Shown here: positions 37,448 to 48,078 of the stretch, piece after piece | Position numbering within the stretch: position 1 is the stretch's first letter | Layout of the letters: the number at the start of each line of letters is the position of its first letter | Source of the DNA: Candidatus Parcubacteria bacterium | GTDB taxonomy: Bacteria > Patescibacteriota > Minisyncoccia > Phycocordibacterales > JAACPR01 | Direction: 5' to 3' | DNA length: 64,000 bases | Assembly (NCBI GenBank): GCA_041158505.1 | Contig: JBEBBG010000007.1 | Coordinates: 27,879 to 91,878 of the forward strand | Made by a program: the position numbers and the translations under genes | The notes under the pieces: model-generated | The model's input: only the letters and a program-made list of their open reading frames with translations | Database searches by the model: none | What the model was told of the DNA's origin: nothing

Positions 37448-37816
37448 ATGTCAAAACGACTCCTTTTTATCGCTAAACGCTCAGACGCTGCAACCTTCTT
37501 ACCTATCTTTGAAAAGCAGGGCCTTGAGATATTTCTAACTGAGAACTTCACCGAAGCAAAAGTAAAGGCGTTAGAGTGGCACCCTGGGGTTATTGTTTTC
37601 CTTGTCCCCGTGTACTGGGAGTCAATTGTAGATTTCGTAAAGGAAGTTCGTGCTGTTCCAGAAATGAAGAAGAGTGGAATTATTTATATTGGTAAATTAA
37701 TTGAAGGAGCTGAGCTAACGCTGCTACAGCACTACGACGTAAAAACAATGGCACTAGGACCCGTACCTCAAGAGGAGATTGCTCGTTTTATTGTCGATAT
37801 GTTTCCAAAGTGGTAG
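37448..37816 (+). CDS. receiver-like hypothetical protein
   Basis: alpha/beta pattern of a REC fold but without the canonical Asp. Confidence 0.5.
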   Translation: MSKRLLFIAKRSDAATFLPIFEKQGLEIFLTENFTEAKVKALEWHPGVIVFLVPVYWESIVDFVKEVRAVPEMKKSGIIYIGKLIEGAELTLLQHYDVKTMALGPVPQEEIARFIVDMFPKW

Positions 37817-37830
37817 TAATCAAGTAGTGA

Positions 37831-38073
37831 TTACTCCTTTGCACCACAACAAGAAGTACAACTTCTCGTTTGTTTGCAAACACACCCTCCTCGAACATAG
37901 GTTACGATGAGTACTAACGCCGCAAATCCAGAAAAGACAGCAAGAATGCGACTCAAAAAACCCTCCATTCCAAAAACGGAATCGATAATATTAATTTCAA
38001 ATAAACCAACGACACCTGCGTGAAGGGCCGCTACCAACACGATACCGTACGCAATTTGTATTACAATCTTCAT
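37831..38073 (-). CDS. DUF378-like small membrane protein
   Basis: ALHAGVVGLFEINIIDSVFG pattern. Confidence 0.6.
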   Translation of the reverse strand: MKIVIQIAYGIVLVAALHAGVVGLFEINIIDSVFGMEGFLSRILAVFSGFAALVLIVTYVRGGCVCKQTRSCTSCCGAKE

Positions 38074-38362
38074 ACAAAAAGTATACCACTATACACCTAG
38101 AACATCGTCAGTTTAAAACTTGATGGTGCTCGAAGATAGTTGAAGAGTCGACTTTTGCGAAGCGCCTGCTTTGCTAGTCTATTTTTGCGTGTTTGAAAGT
38201 CTTTGAACATATGCATTTCGTTACTCATGTAATGTATGCATACAGTGTACTTTTTGTTTGTACAGTTTGTCAACTTTTCTAGATATAAGTACATGTGGAT
38301 AAGTATTTGACTTTTTTAAGGAATCGCCTACAGTTAGGTACATATACAGTAAATAACATCGT

Positions 38363-38998
38363 ATGCACCGCATTCAAGAAAAACTTCTCCAAAGTATTGG
38401 CAGCAGCGGCTTGACCGGTATGACGCTACGCCAAATTGGAGAATTGGTTGGAGAAAAATACCCACAAAAAATTAAACATCACCTCGACCAGCTCGAGAAA
38501 CGAGGCCTCATAAAAATCGACAAGGCCACGAAGCACATTACTCGTGTTACCCGAGGTGCAGTTAAGGACACCACCCTTCTGTCTGTACCCATTGTTGGTG
38601 CGGCAAACTGCGGTCCTGCAACTATCTTTGCAACAGAAAACATTCAAGGCTACATTAAAATTTCAAAAAACATTCTTAAAAAATGTAAGAATATTTTTGC
38701 AATTCGAGCCCAAGGTTTCTCAATGAATAAAGCAATTATCGATGGAAAAACCATTGAAGACGGCGACTACCTCATTATCGATGCAGATAACAAGACTCCA
38801 CGGACTGGCGACATCGTTCTTTCGGTCATTGATGACATGGCAAACGTTAAGCGGTATATTTGGGATGAGCAAAATAACCAAGTTGTATTGGCCTCAGAAT
38901 CAACACAGCACATTCCACCGATCTTCATTCACGAAGACGACAGCTTCATGGTCAACGGAAAAGTCATTCAGGTTATCAAAGCTCCAAAGTTCGCTTAG
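38363..38998 (+). CDS. lexA: LexA-like repressor (S24 peptidase)
   Basis: Winged HTH, ANCG cleavage-like site, GFSM Ser, NVKR Lys. Confidence 0.8.
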   Translation: MHRIQEKLLQSIGSSGLTGMTLRQIGELVGEKYPQKIKHHLDQLEKRGLIKIDKATKHITRVTRGAVKDTTLLSVPIVGAANCGPATIFATENIQGYIKISKNILKKCKNIFAIRAQGFSMNKAIIDGKTIEDGDYLIIDADNKTPRTGDIVLSVIDDMANVKRYIWDEQNNQVVLASESTQHIPPIFIHEDDSFMVNGKVIQVIKAPKFA

Positions 38999-39015
38999 TA
39001 ATTTAGGAAATAGAA

Positions 39016-39432
39016 ATGAAAATTATTGATGAGTTTAAAACCTTTGCAATCAAAGGTAATGCGGTTGATTTAGCAGTTGGTGTGGTTATTGGTGCTGCGT
39101 TCGGCAATATCGTAACCTCATTTGTTGAAGACATTATTACCCCACTCCTTGGGCTCATTACTGGTGGTATTGATTTCTCAGACAAAGCGCTTATCCTCAA
39201 ACGTGCTCTTGATGGCACCGCGGCGGTAACACTTAATTATGGTGCCTTTATCACCGTTGTCATCAACTTTTTGATTGTAGCCTGGGCAATCTTTTTGGTT
39301 GTGAAAGCAATCAACAAGCTCAAAGAGCAAGGCGAAAAACCATGCGAACCATGTGAGCCAGAAAAACCTACTGTTCCATCTCCAGAAGTTGTATTATTGC
39401 AAGAAATCCGAGACTCACTTCGCTCTCGATAA
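39016..39432 (+). CDS. mscL: large-conductance mechanosensitive channel
   Basis: [30 protein letters not shown]. Confidence 0.96.
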   Translation: MKIIDEFKTFAIKGNAVDLAVGVVIGAAFGNIVTSFVEDIITPLLGLITGGIDFSDKALILKRALDGTAAVTLNYGAFITVVINFLIVAWAIFLVVKAINKLKEQGEKPCEPCEPEKPTVPSPEVVLLQEIRDSLRSR

Positions 39433-40380
39433 AGCTTTTTTAAAAGCTTCAACCATTGGCACGGCCTCCGGGTCGCGCTTTTTGGTTTCTGCCAATCGAA
39501 GGGAAACCCAATCGGCAATTGCGAGTGAAGCAAATGCTCGCGCGAGTGTGCTTTCCCCCTCAAGAGGTACCTGTGTAACACTGTACCCAACTTCCTCTAA
39601 CATCTCTGAGAGAACGCGCATGCGTCGCTGAATGCCTGAATGATCGTGCTCATCAGTAAGCATAATAAAGTGGTACGTTCCGTCTCCAGCACCAAACCCC
39701 TGCATTTCATTGTGATTTGCCTCTGGCAATACGTTATAAAAAGCTGGTATTTTACCTGTTTCATTAAGCTTAATTTTCCAGGTATACGCCAACGCCACAT
39801 TTTTAACTGAGGCGTATATCACAGGTGTTGCATTTCCAATCGCTGTTGCGATTTCCTCACCGCGCGCTTGGTACGTTTCGGCTCGAAACGTCTCACCAAG
39901 AACATGCATATCTCCAACACAAACTGGTTCATGGACCGCTGTTGCAAGGGCGATAAGCATATACCCTAATGCAGCCCTCGGCTGTACGCCGGTGCTTGGC
40001 AAAATAATATGCGGCACATGCTGTTTTTGCGCAAAAGCAAGTAGTGCACCGCCCGTTGTGATAATGAGAAGCGGCAAATGTCGATCGAGTGCGGCCTCAG
40101 CAAATGAGATAGTTTCTTCGGTGTTTCCAGAATACGAACACGCAATATGAAGACTTGATTCGAGAAACTCCTCATCGTATGGCGGCAGATCATATGAGCG
40201 GTGCACGTACACATTGACTCCTTGTTTCCAAAGCTTAAGCAGACCTGCCGCAAGATGAGACCCGCCCATACCACCTAGTATGTACTGCTTGTATGGACCG
40301 TGGAGACCATCGGCATGTACGATCTCCGGAACGTATGAAAATTGCTCATGTGTTCGACGTACGGCTTCTTGCATGCTCAT
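39415..40380 (-). CDS. bifunctional phosphoglucose/phosphomannose isomerase (SIS)
   Basis: [21 protein letters not shown]. Confidence 0.9.
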   Translation of the reverse strand: MSMQEAVRRTHEQFSYVPEIVHADGLHGPYKQYILGGMGGSHLAAGLLKLWKQGVNVYVHRSYDLPPYDEEFLESSLHIACSYSGNTEETISFAEAALDRHLPLLIITTGGALLAFAQKQHVPHIILPSTGVQPRAALGYMLIALATAVHEPVCVGDMHVLGETFRAETYQARGEEIATAIGNATPVIYASVKNVALAYTWKIKLNETGKIPAFYNVLPEANHNEMQGFGAGDGTYHFIMLTDEHDHSGIQRRMRVLSEMLEEVGYSVTQVPLEGESTLARAFASLAIADWVSLRLAETKKRDPEAVPMVEAFKKALSRAK

Positions 40381-40392
40381 AGTGATGATTTA

Positions 40393-41025
40393 TTAGGCTA
40401 GTGTTCTTAGTATAGCTCGGACTGGTCCACCCTCAACGTTAAGCAAACGTAGAGGTAGACAAATAAGTTCGTACTGCCCCGCCGCAACATCCTTAAGGCA
40501 AAGACCTTCAATAACAGGAATGCCTTGAGCAAGGAGCGAGGTGTGTGCACGATTATCAGGAGAACCACGCTGCTTGATTGAGAGATAATCAATACCAAAA
40601 AGTGTAATACCTGCGCTAGCGAGTATATCTGCAGCATCCCCAGAAAGTGCCACGAAGTCTTCAAGAAAGACATCCATGCCTCGTGCACTATTTGAAGTTT
40701 TTACCAAGACACGTTCACCAGCGGCAACAGAACCAATATCATCAACAGTAACGAGTTCGCCCGGCCCTCGATGACTAGCATCAATGACTCTACATGGACC
40801 CACAAAGCGCTCCAGAGGGATTGAATCGAGATCAGCAGCACCAGGAAAGACATGTAGTGGTGCATCAACGTGTGTTGCTGTATGCGTTCCAAAACTTACC
40901 AACGACAAGTTGCTCGATGCGCCATCGGCAATTGATGCATAAGGTGTGATATGTACAGGGGCATTTTTTGGGTACACAATCATACCGTCGTGGACACCGT
41001 ACGAAATATCAATAATTTTTTGCAT
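40393..41025 (-). CDS. cyclase/arylformamidase-family metal hydrolase
   Basis: HTATHVDAPLH, GIDYLSI, EGGPVRA. Confidence 0.9.
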   Translation of the reverse strand: MQKIIDISYGVHDGMIVYPKNAPVHITPYASIADGASSNLSLVSFGTHTATHVDAPLHVFPGAADLDSIPLERFVGPCRVIDASHRGPGELVTVDDIGSVAAGERVLVKTSNSARGMDVFLEDFVALSGDAADILASAGITLFGIDYLSIKQRGSPDNRAHTSLLAQGIPVIEGLCLKDVAAGQYELICLPLRLLNVEGGPVRAILRTLA

Positions 41026-41031
41026 AGTAGT

Positions 41032-41940
41032 TTACTTTTTAGGCGTGACAGCTACATCATGCCCTCCAAACTGATTTCGAAGCGCTGAAACAACCTGTCC
41101 CGTGTAGGATGGATTAGTTTGTGATGCTTCTCGAAACGCAAGTGAGCCCTCGATGATTGGAACAGGAACACCAGTACGTTTTGCGGCCTCAACAGTCCAA
41201 AGACCTTCCCCGGAGTGAGACACTTTTCCTGAAATACCTGGAAGGTCGGGCCCATGCGCAGTAAATGCTTTGTGGAGCCACCCCACCAATCGAGATTCAA
41301 TAACTGAGCCTGTATTGTAGACACGCGCAACTTCAGTCAGATCAATTGAAAATTCAGGAGCTCGGCGCAACACTTCAAACCCCTCACCAATCGCCTGCAT
41401 CATGCCGTACTCAATACCGTTGTGTACCATTTTGACAAAATGACCGGCTCCATGGCCTCCCATGTATCCGTACCCGCCTGGAATGCTGCAATCCTTGAAC
41501 AGGGCTTCACACTGCTCGAAATCAGCACGTTCACCGCCAATCATCATGCACGCGCCATGACGAGCCCCAGAAGGGCCTCCAGAGACACCCACATCTAGAA
41601 ACCGAAGTCCTGCGGCGCGCAGTCGCTCAGCCCGCTTGATTGTCTCGAGGTACGGAGAGTTTCCTCCATCGATAACGAGATCACCTGCAGTTAGTAGTGG
41701 TAGTAACTCATCAAGAACACCATCAACAGACTGCCATGGCACCATAAGCCAAATGACGCGCGGTGCCGGCAAGGCCTCCACGAGCTCGGCGTACGACAGT
41801 GCCGGCACCGCGCCAAGCGCCGCCGCACGCTCAACGGGTTCCTTACTTCTATTGGTCGCCACTACCGCATAGCCGCGTTCAAGCAGCTGCTCAACCATTC
41901 CCATCCCCATTTTTCCAAGTCCAACGTATCCAAGTTTCAT
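41032..41940 (-). CDS. gnd: 6-phosphogluconate dehydrogenase (decarboxylating, short form)
   Basis: GLGKMG, GVSGG, KMVHNGIEYG, LRNQFGGH. Confidence 0.95.
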   Translation of the reverse strand: MKLGYVGLGKMGMGMVEQLLERGYAVVATNRSKEPVERAAALGAVPALSYAELVEALPAPRVIWLMVPWQSVDGVLDELLPLLTAGDLVIDGGNSPYLETIKRAERLRAAGLRFLDVGVSGGPSGARHGACMMIGGERADFEQCEALFKDCSIPGGYGYMGGHGAGHFVKMVHNGIEYGMMQAIGEGFEVLRRAPEFSIDLTEVARVYNTGSVIESRLVGWLHKAFTAHGPDLPGISGKVSHSGEGLWTVEAAKRTGVPVPIIEGSLAFREASQTNPSYTGQVVSALRNQFGGHDVAVTPKK

Positions 41941-41945
41941 ATACA

Positions 41946-43328
41946 CTACATACTACCGTTAATCGTACCCGCCTGCACCCCTTGCTCGTACGTGATCAAT
42001 GGCAGCATGTGCCATTGTGCGAGGATTGGCATAATAAGCGCCCACTGGGCATGCACCTCCGCGGTCGAAATGAAAAGTGTCTGATCGCCACGTAGCGCGT
42101 CAAAGAGTACTCGTTCGTAAGCATCAGGTAATCGTTCAACCTCAAGTGGGTACGCAAAGGAGAGTTGCCGTGTCTCTACCTCACTTGCAAAACCGGGCCG
42201 TTTTACAAAGAACGAGATACTAATACCTTCATTTGGTTGCACCATAAACGTAATGACATTGCGCAAATCAGGGGCACCAGGACGAGGACGGAAAGTAACA
42301 GTAATACGTGCCGCAGTTTCTGCCAGTGCCTTACCACTCTCAAGTGTAAACGTTGTTCCTTTCCAGCGCGGCGTTTGTATTGCCACATTGATACGAAAAA
42401 AAGTTTCTGTTACTGATTCCGCATCGACTCCAGGCTCATCACGGTACCCTGCATACTGCCCACGGATAACAGAAGTGTCGAGCGAACCTTCGAGCACTGC
42501 GTGCTCAAGTGCTGCGGCACGTGCAGCGCGAACGGTCTGCGCATCCATAACAAGCGGATCCTCCATGGCAATCAGAGCGAGCATCTGCAAAATATGATTT
42601 TGCCCCACGTCGCGCAGCGCACCAAGCCCATCATAGAAATGCGCACGTTTCTTGATACCAAATGATTCATAGAGTGCGATGTGTACATGTTCAATATGTT
42701 CACTATTCCACAAAGGTTCGAAGAGAGCGTTTTTGAAACGAAACGCCAAAATATTCTGCAGCGTTTCTTTTGCCAGGTAGTGATCGATTCGAAAAACCTG
42801 ATCTTCATGAAAGAGCGTTCCTAGTCGCGCGTCCAAGTACGCTGCATGTTCCGCATCATCACCGAATGGTTTTTCAACTAATACTCGTGTCCATGCCTGA
42901 CTGTCTCCATGTTCCCTACATGGCATGGTCAACCCCGCAGCTGCAATATTTGTAAACACATCATCATAGAGCGCAGGTGGTACCGCCAGGTAAAAAAGTT
43001 TACTACTACAACCACCACGATCAGTGTCGAGCTGATGCAAGTACGCAGCAAGCTCATCGTAAGAAGCTTTATTCGTTAAATCTCCTTGAAAATATGCTCC
43101 TGAGGCAATAAATGATGCAGGCGCCTGAATATCCTTAGCCGCAACAGAACGTTCTATAAACGCTTGGTACTCGGCATCGCTAAGCGGTTTTCGAGAGAAT
43201 CCAACAATACGAACATCACGTGGCAAACAATCCCGCAGCGCCATATCGGCAAGTGCGGGCAAGAGTTTAAGCTCAGCCAAATCGCCTGTACCTCCAAAAA
43301 TAATAATGGTAACGGGTTGCTGTTCCAT
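41946..43328 (-). CDS. zwf: glucose-6-phosphate dehydrogenase
   Basis: GGTGDLA, EKPFG, RIDHYLAKE. Confidence 0.96.
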   Translation of the reverse strand: MEQQPVTIIIFGGTGDLAELKLLPALADMALRDCLPRDVRIVGFSRKPLSDAEYQAFIERSVAAKDIQAPASFIASGAYFQGDLTNKASYDELAAYLHQLDTDRGGCSSKLFYLAVPPALYDDVFTNIAAAGLTMPCREHGDSQAWTRVLVEKPFGDDAEHAAYLDARLGTLFHEDQVFRIDHYLAKETLQNILAFRFKNALFEPLWNSEHIEHVHIALYESFGIKKRAHFYDGLGALRDVGQNHILQMLALIAMEDPLVMDAQTVRAARAAALEHAVLEGSLDTSVIRGQYAGYRDEPGVDAESVTETFFRINVAIQTPRWKGTTFTLESGKALAETAARITVTFRPRPGAPDLRNVITFMVQPNEGISISFFVKRPGFASEVETRQLSFAYPLEVERLPDAYERVLFDALRGDQTLFISTAEVHAQWALIMPILAQWHMLPLITYEQGVQAGTINGSM

Positions 43329-43333
43329 AGACG

Positions 43334-44191
43334 TTACGAGCCACTTCGAATTTCGTGCTCGAGCGCTTTAATTTTTTGTTCAAGCTGCTCTCGATCATGT
43401 TCAAGAGATGGGATACTCTTTTCTGCTCCCTCATGTCGCGTCTCGCTACGAGCAACAACGTCGCGAGCTTCTTTTGCTTGGTGTTCTTCACGAGTTAATG
43501 AAGCTTTAAGCTGTCGAATGGCACTCTCATGCTCATCACGCTCACTCATAAGCTGTCTCAGAGAAGACTCATGCTGTTCCAACTCTTTAAGCATCGCTCG
43601 TGTCTCAGCCTCAGTTTGCGCTTGCGTGCGCTCTTGTGATGTCACTTCTGTCATAATACGGGACCGCTGAGCTTCAATTGCATGCAGGGCACGTTCAGCC
43701 TGAGAAAGTTCTGCGAGCAGCTGCCGATGCCTTGTTTCTGCAGCATGAGCGTCAGTATCAAGCTGACGTAGACGATCTTTTAGTTGTGTGAGTTGACGAG
43801 CAACATCAGACCCAGCATCGCGGGAACGAAGCGATTTCAAGCGAGCCACAAAGCCTTCTTCTTTGCCAAGTGCGAGCATGATGCGCTTATGCTCACCAAC
43901 CGCCTCGTTAAGCTTTGCTGTTAAATCAAGCACCGCTCGCTGCTCGTGCTCAAGCGCAATTCGGCCCTGTGACTGCGTTGACTTAGTACGGCGCTCTGTA
44001 ATTTGTAGACGCTGTATTTCGCGTTCAATGACAGACAAGCGTGAGCGCAACGCATTGAGCTCACGTGTAGCAACCGCCTTTCGGAGTGTCGCCTCTCGTT
44101 CCTCTTGCTTCTTTTTCTTCAGCGCAAGCGTTTGCAAGGCTCGGGGATCGATACCTCGTTTCGCTGCTGCATCATCTAGAAAACCAGCCAT
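43334..44191 (-). CDS. coiled-coil hypothetical protein
   Basis: Long E/R/Q/L-rich heptad pattern. Confidence 0.7.
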   Translation of the reverse strand: MAGFLDDAAAKRGIDPRALQTLALKKKKQEEREATLRKAVATRELNALRSRLSVIEREIQRLQITERRTKSTQSQGRIALEHEQRAVLDLTAKLNEAVGEHKRIMLALGKEEGFVARLKSLRSRDAGSDVARQLTQLKDRLRQLDTDAHAAETRHRQLLAELSQAERALHAIEAQRSRIMTEVTSQERTQAQTEAETRAMLKELEQHESSLRQLMSERDEHESAIRQLKASLTREEHQAKEARDVVARSETRHEGAEKSIPSLEHDREQLEQKIKALEHEIRSGS

Positions 44192-44197
44192 AGGACC

Positions 44198-44956
44198 TTA
44201 TTCTACCACAAGCCCTTCACGGACCGCCCGAGCGTTGACGAATGAGCAATACTCACACGTATCACTTGGGCGCGGCAGCGTGGCACTATCGAGCGTCTCT
44301 TTAATCTTAAAAATAGTATCCTCTACCCACACTGGATCTCCATCGTATGGAATAAGCGTTACCTCAAATTCGAGTCTGCCATCAAAGGCGGCCGCATCAG
44401 TCTTACCGTTTGCGTACACAAAATACCCCGTGCTTGCAACACTAAATCCAAGCTTTCGCAAAAGCCACTGGTACACCTCCATTTGACGCTTGTACCCCTC
44501 TTTCCATTTATCATCAAGAGAAATTTCACCCTCTTTACTCGTCGATTTGTAATCGACAACGAGTAACTCACCTTTTGGTGTCACCCAAATATCATCAACT
44601 GCTCCGGAAATAATCATGCCCGTACCATCATGTACGTACTGCACGCCTTCAAAGTTTTCGCGCCACGTATCCAGCTGCGGGTGTTGGAATGGAACCGCGT
44701 CCACTCCGTACGCCTGCATGAGTGGATGTGCCGTACCAGCCACACGATGCGTATCGAACTCTTTCTTAAAGAGTGTGTCAACCGCAGTATTAAGTAAGAA
44801 TGAGGGAAACTGAGGTCGCTTAACACCAAGCTTATTATCGAGGTAGAAGCAGCGAGGACACTCAACAAAAAGGTCGATTTTTGAACGCGATAATTTCCAA
44901 TTTGGGCCACCGTAGTTCCATCTACGGTCTCGTGGTTTTTGGGTTGGGTGTAGCAT
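44198..44956 (-). CDS. PD-(D/E)XK nuclease family protein
   Basis: GAVDD...VDYKST, QMEVY, CPRC...CEYC. Confidence 0.85.
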   Translation of the reverse strand: MLHPTQKPRDRRWNYGGPNWKLSRSKIDLFVECPRCFYLDNKLGVKRPQFPSFLLNTAVDTLFKKEFDTHRVAGTAHPLMQAYGVDAVPFQHPQLDTWRENFEGVQYVHDGTGMIISGAVDDIWVTPKGELLVVDYKSTSKEGEISLDDKWKEGYKRQMEVYQWLLRKLGFSVASTGYFVYANGKTDAAAFDGRLEFEVTLIPYDGDPVWVEDTIFKIKETLDSATLPRPSDTCEYCSFVNARAVREGLVVE

Positions 44957-44979
44957 ACGGTAGTTAGTCTACCACGTGC

Positions 44980-47900
44980 CTACTCGGTCGTCCTCCCTCC
45001 CTTACCTGGCCATCGCATATAGAGCATTGGCACCAAAAGCAGTGTTACAACAACCGCAAAGGTTAGTCCGAACATAATGGCGTACGCCAGTGGTGACCAT
45101 AAATCAGAAGCAAACGTAAGGGGAACCATACCAATAATAGTAGTAAGTGATGTTAAGAGAATCGGGCGCAATCGACTAACTGCTCCTTCAAGCACAATGT
45201 CACGCATCCTCCAGTCTGGATTATCAATGCGAAGCTTGTTCATTCGATCAATGAGAATAATTGAATTGTTTACGACAATTCCAGAGAGCGCGATAAATCC
45301 CATGAGTGACGGGAACGAGAGCGCTTTACCAGAGAGCGCAAGTCCAGCAAACACACCAATGAGCGATAGCGGCACAATCGCGATGATGTACCACATCTGT
45401 CTAAATGAAGCGAACTGCAGTACCAAGATGGCCGCGATTGCAATTAATCCCACGACAAGTGATAGCGCCATTTCTTTAAATGCCTGTGTAGACTCTTCTG
45501 TCTCGCCACCAATCTCCATAGTTACACCCTGCGGCAATTCGACCGCCTCCATTCGTTCAAGAAATCCTGCGGTTACTTCTCCTACGGTACTACCTGGTGC
45601 AACGTCAGCGGTAACATTACTGATTCGTTGACCATCTTCGTGCTGAATACTCTGCACACCCCGTCCAACAGTTGATGTAACGAGTGACCCCATCAGCACT
45701 GGACCTTGTGGTGTGCTGACCTGCAACGCCTTAACCGCGTCGAGGGTTGCTTGGTTTGTTGTCTCTGGTGTCGTGAACTGCTGATTAACATCGAGCTTTA
45801 CAATCACATCGATATCTTCTCCATTCGCTTTAATACTTGTTGCTTCTGTACCAAAGAGTGCCGTACGAAGCGTAAATGCAATACTTGCAGCATCAAGTCC
45901 AACCTGACTTGCGCGCGCACGATCAACAGAAAGCTGAAACTCCGAGGTGTCGCTCTTATTACTTGTATCAACTGATATCGCTCCAGGCGTTTCTTTGAGC
46001 ACTTCTGCTGCCTGGTTTGCGACAAGTGCGAGCGTATCGAGATCGTCACCAAGAAACTTTATGGCAATCGGCTTCCCTGTCGCTGGCCCATTATTTGGCT
46101 GCGACGCACGGACATCAGCCGTTGCGATTGGTGCAAGGTCTGCTTGCAGACGTGCCAAAATCTCACTTGATGTCTCTTCTCTATCCTTACGGAGAACGAG
46201 CGTCACATTTGCCAACTTTTCATTAAGACCTCCGCCAGCGCCAAACTGACTACCTCGACCTACCTCAACCAAGAATGACTCAACCTCGGGATAGGTCAAT
46301 ACAATTTCTTCAACCTGCCGGGCAACTAAATCTGTCTCTGCGAGCACAACACCTTCAGCGCGTTCAATTTCAATAAAGAGAAAATCGATATCTTCTTGAT
46401 CAAAAAAGATTACTTTAATTGCACCCGTAAAAGGAAGTACCAACGCAAGAATAAAAGCAACCACCATGCCCCACATAAATCGCTTTTGCGATTGAGTGTT
46501 ATCAAGGAAATTCCCAAGTAAGTCTCTGTACCAGCGCTCAAAACGGTTCATGTAGACTTCTTGCTTAGTCTCAATGGCGTTCTCCGGGCGTGCTTTGAGG
46601 AAGACCGCGGACACGAGAGGAACAAAACCGAGTGCCACAATCAACGATGCGAGCAGTACAAAGATAATCGTAAACGGAATACCTGAAATAAATTGTCCCG
46701 AGACACCACTAACCAAGAAGAGTGGTGCAAACACAGCAATTGTAGTAAGTGTGCCTGTAGTAATTGGATAATGGAATTCCTTGATTGTTTCGAGAGCAGC
46801 AGCTTCGTTTGATGATGCCGTACGGAGTTTTGCGTGCACTGCTTCAGTTACCACAATTGCCGCATCCACGAGCACGCCCACCGACAAAATCAGTGAGAAC
46901 AGTGAGATAAAGTTGATGGTATTTCCAGAGTAGTAGAGACCGATGAAGGCAATCAAAAATGAAATTGGAATTGAAAGTCCAGCAATGACAGCTTCTCGCC
47001 ACCCAAGGGCAAGAAAGAGCACGAGCATGACGAGGGCAACCGTTTGCAGCGCGCTTGAAGACAAATTACGCAAATCCTCTTTAATAAACTCTCCGTTATC
47101 GAAGGTGATCAGGTATGGAGTATCACTCAGCAAACTACCCTCAAGCTCAGTGAGGTGTGCTCGTACTGCATCTGAAATACGCGTCACGTCGCCTCCTCCT
47201 TGTTTAAAAATAGACAATGAAACTGCTGGCTCTGATGGAACACCGTCAATCGAAACGCGCGCGTACGTACTTACCGGACTTGTACCATCCGCAACGAGCG
47301 CAATGTCTCGAATATACACTGGCTGCCCACCGCGAGTAGTCACCGTGATATTGGCGAGCTCCTGCGGGTCAGTAATAGCACCTTGAAACGCCACGTTATA
47401 CTGCGTACCCGAAAGTTCAATCGAACCAGCTGGAAGTGAGCTGTTGGCTGCCTGTACCGCACGCACAACATCCGTGATACCGATACCAAAAGCCAGAAGC
47501 GCTTCTTGATTAACAATGATTTGTGCCTCTCGTGTAGGCACACCACTAATTGAAATCTTTGATACTCCCGGGACCTTTAGAAGCTCAGATTCGACATCTT
47601 CTGTCAGCGCAATCAGTGATGTAACTGGCAAATCAGAAACCAGTGAAACTGTCATGATTGGTTGATCAATAAAGTTTACGTCTGTCACCAAAGGATCCTG
47701 AGCATCGCTTGGTAAATCTCCTTTGATCTTATCGATCTCATCTTTAACATCTTGCAACGACTGATCAATATCAGCCCGAGCATCGAACTCAACCGTCACT
47801 GATGAAATACTCTCGCGCGATACCGATGTCACCCGCTTCACATCATCGAGCGTACCTTCAAGCGCCGTTTCAATTTCATTGGTGATGAGCTCTTCAACGT

Positions 47901-48075
47901 CAACTGCCGAAGCGCCTGGATACACCGTACTTACCACCACGACAGGCACACGCACTTCCGGCGATGATTCTCGAGGAATTGAAATAAGACCAATCGCACC
48001 AAAAATAACGAGCGCAATGAGCACAATGTAGCTAAACTCTCTATTTTTAAGAAAAAAGCTCCAGACGTGATGCAT
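44980..48075 (-). CDS. RND efflux permease (AcrB family)
   Basis: 1031 aa; GVLVDAAIVV, GIVVNNSIIL, SRLRPILLTS. Confidence 0.95.
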   Translation of the reverse strand: MHHVWSFFLKNREFSYIVLIALVIFGAIGLISIPRESSPEVRVPVVVVSTVYPGASAVDVEELITNEIETALEGTLDDVKRVTSVSRESISSVTVEFDARADIDQSLQDVKDEIDKIKGDLPSDAQDPLVTDVNFIDQPIMTVSLVSDLPVTSLIALTEDVESELLKVPGVSKISISGVPTREAQIIVNQEALLAFGIGITDVVRAVQAANSSLPAGSIELSGTQYNVAFQGAITDPQELANITVTTRGGQPVYIRDIALVADGTSPVSTYARVSIDGVPSEPAVSLSIFKQGGGDVTRISDAVRAHLTELEGSLLSDTPYLITFDNGEFIKEDLRNLSSSALQTVALVMLVLFLALGWREAVIAGLSIPISFLIAFIGLYYSGNTINFISLFSLILSVGVLVDAAIVVTEAVHAKLRTASSNEAAALETIKEFHYPITTGTLTTIAVFAPLFLVSGVSGQFISGIPFTIIFVLLASLIVALGFVPLVSAVFLKARPENAIETKQEVYMNRFERWYRDLLGNFLDNTQSQKRFMWGMVVAFILALVLPFTGAIKVIFFDQEDIDFLFIEIERAEGVVLAETDLVARQVEEIVLTYPEVESFLVEVGRGSQFGAGGGLNEKLANVTLVLRKDREETSSEILARLQADLAPIATADVRASQPNNGPATGKPIAIKFLGDDLDTLALVANQAAEVLKETPGAISVDTSNKSDTSEFQLSVDRARASQVGLDAASIAFTLRTALFGTEATSIKANGEDIDVIVKLDVNQQFTTPETTNQATLDAVKALQVSTPQGPVLMGSLVTSTVGRGVQSIQHEDGQRISNVTADVAPGSTVGEVTAGFLERMEAVELPQGVTMEIGGETEESTQAFKEMALSLVVGLIAIAAILVLQFASFRQMWYIIAIVPLSLIGVFAGLALSGKALSFPSLMGFIALSGIVVNNSIILIDRMNKLRIDNPDWRMRDIVLEGAVSRLRPILLTSLTTIIGMVPLTFASDLWSPLAYAIMFGLTFAVVVTLLLVPMLYMRWPGKGGRTTE

Positions 48076-48078
48076 ACA

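Noticed and set aside
44198-44956. Cas4 indicating a CRISPR locus
   Set aside because: A stand-alone PD-(D/E)XK nuclease with no array or other cas genes nearby.
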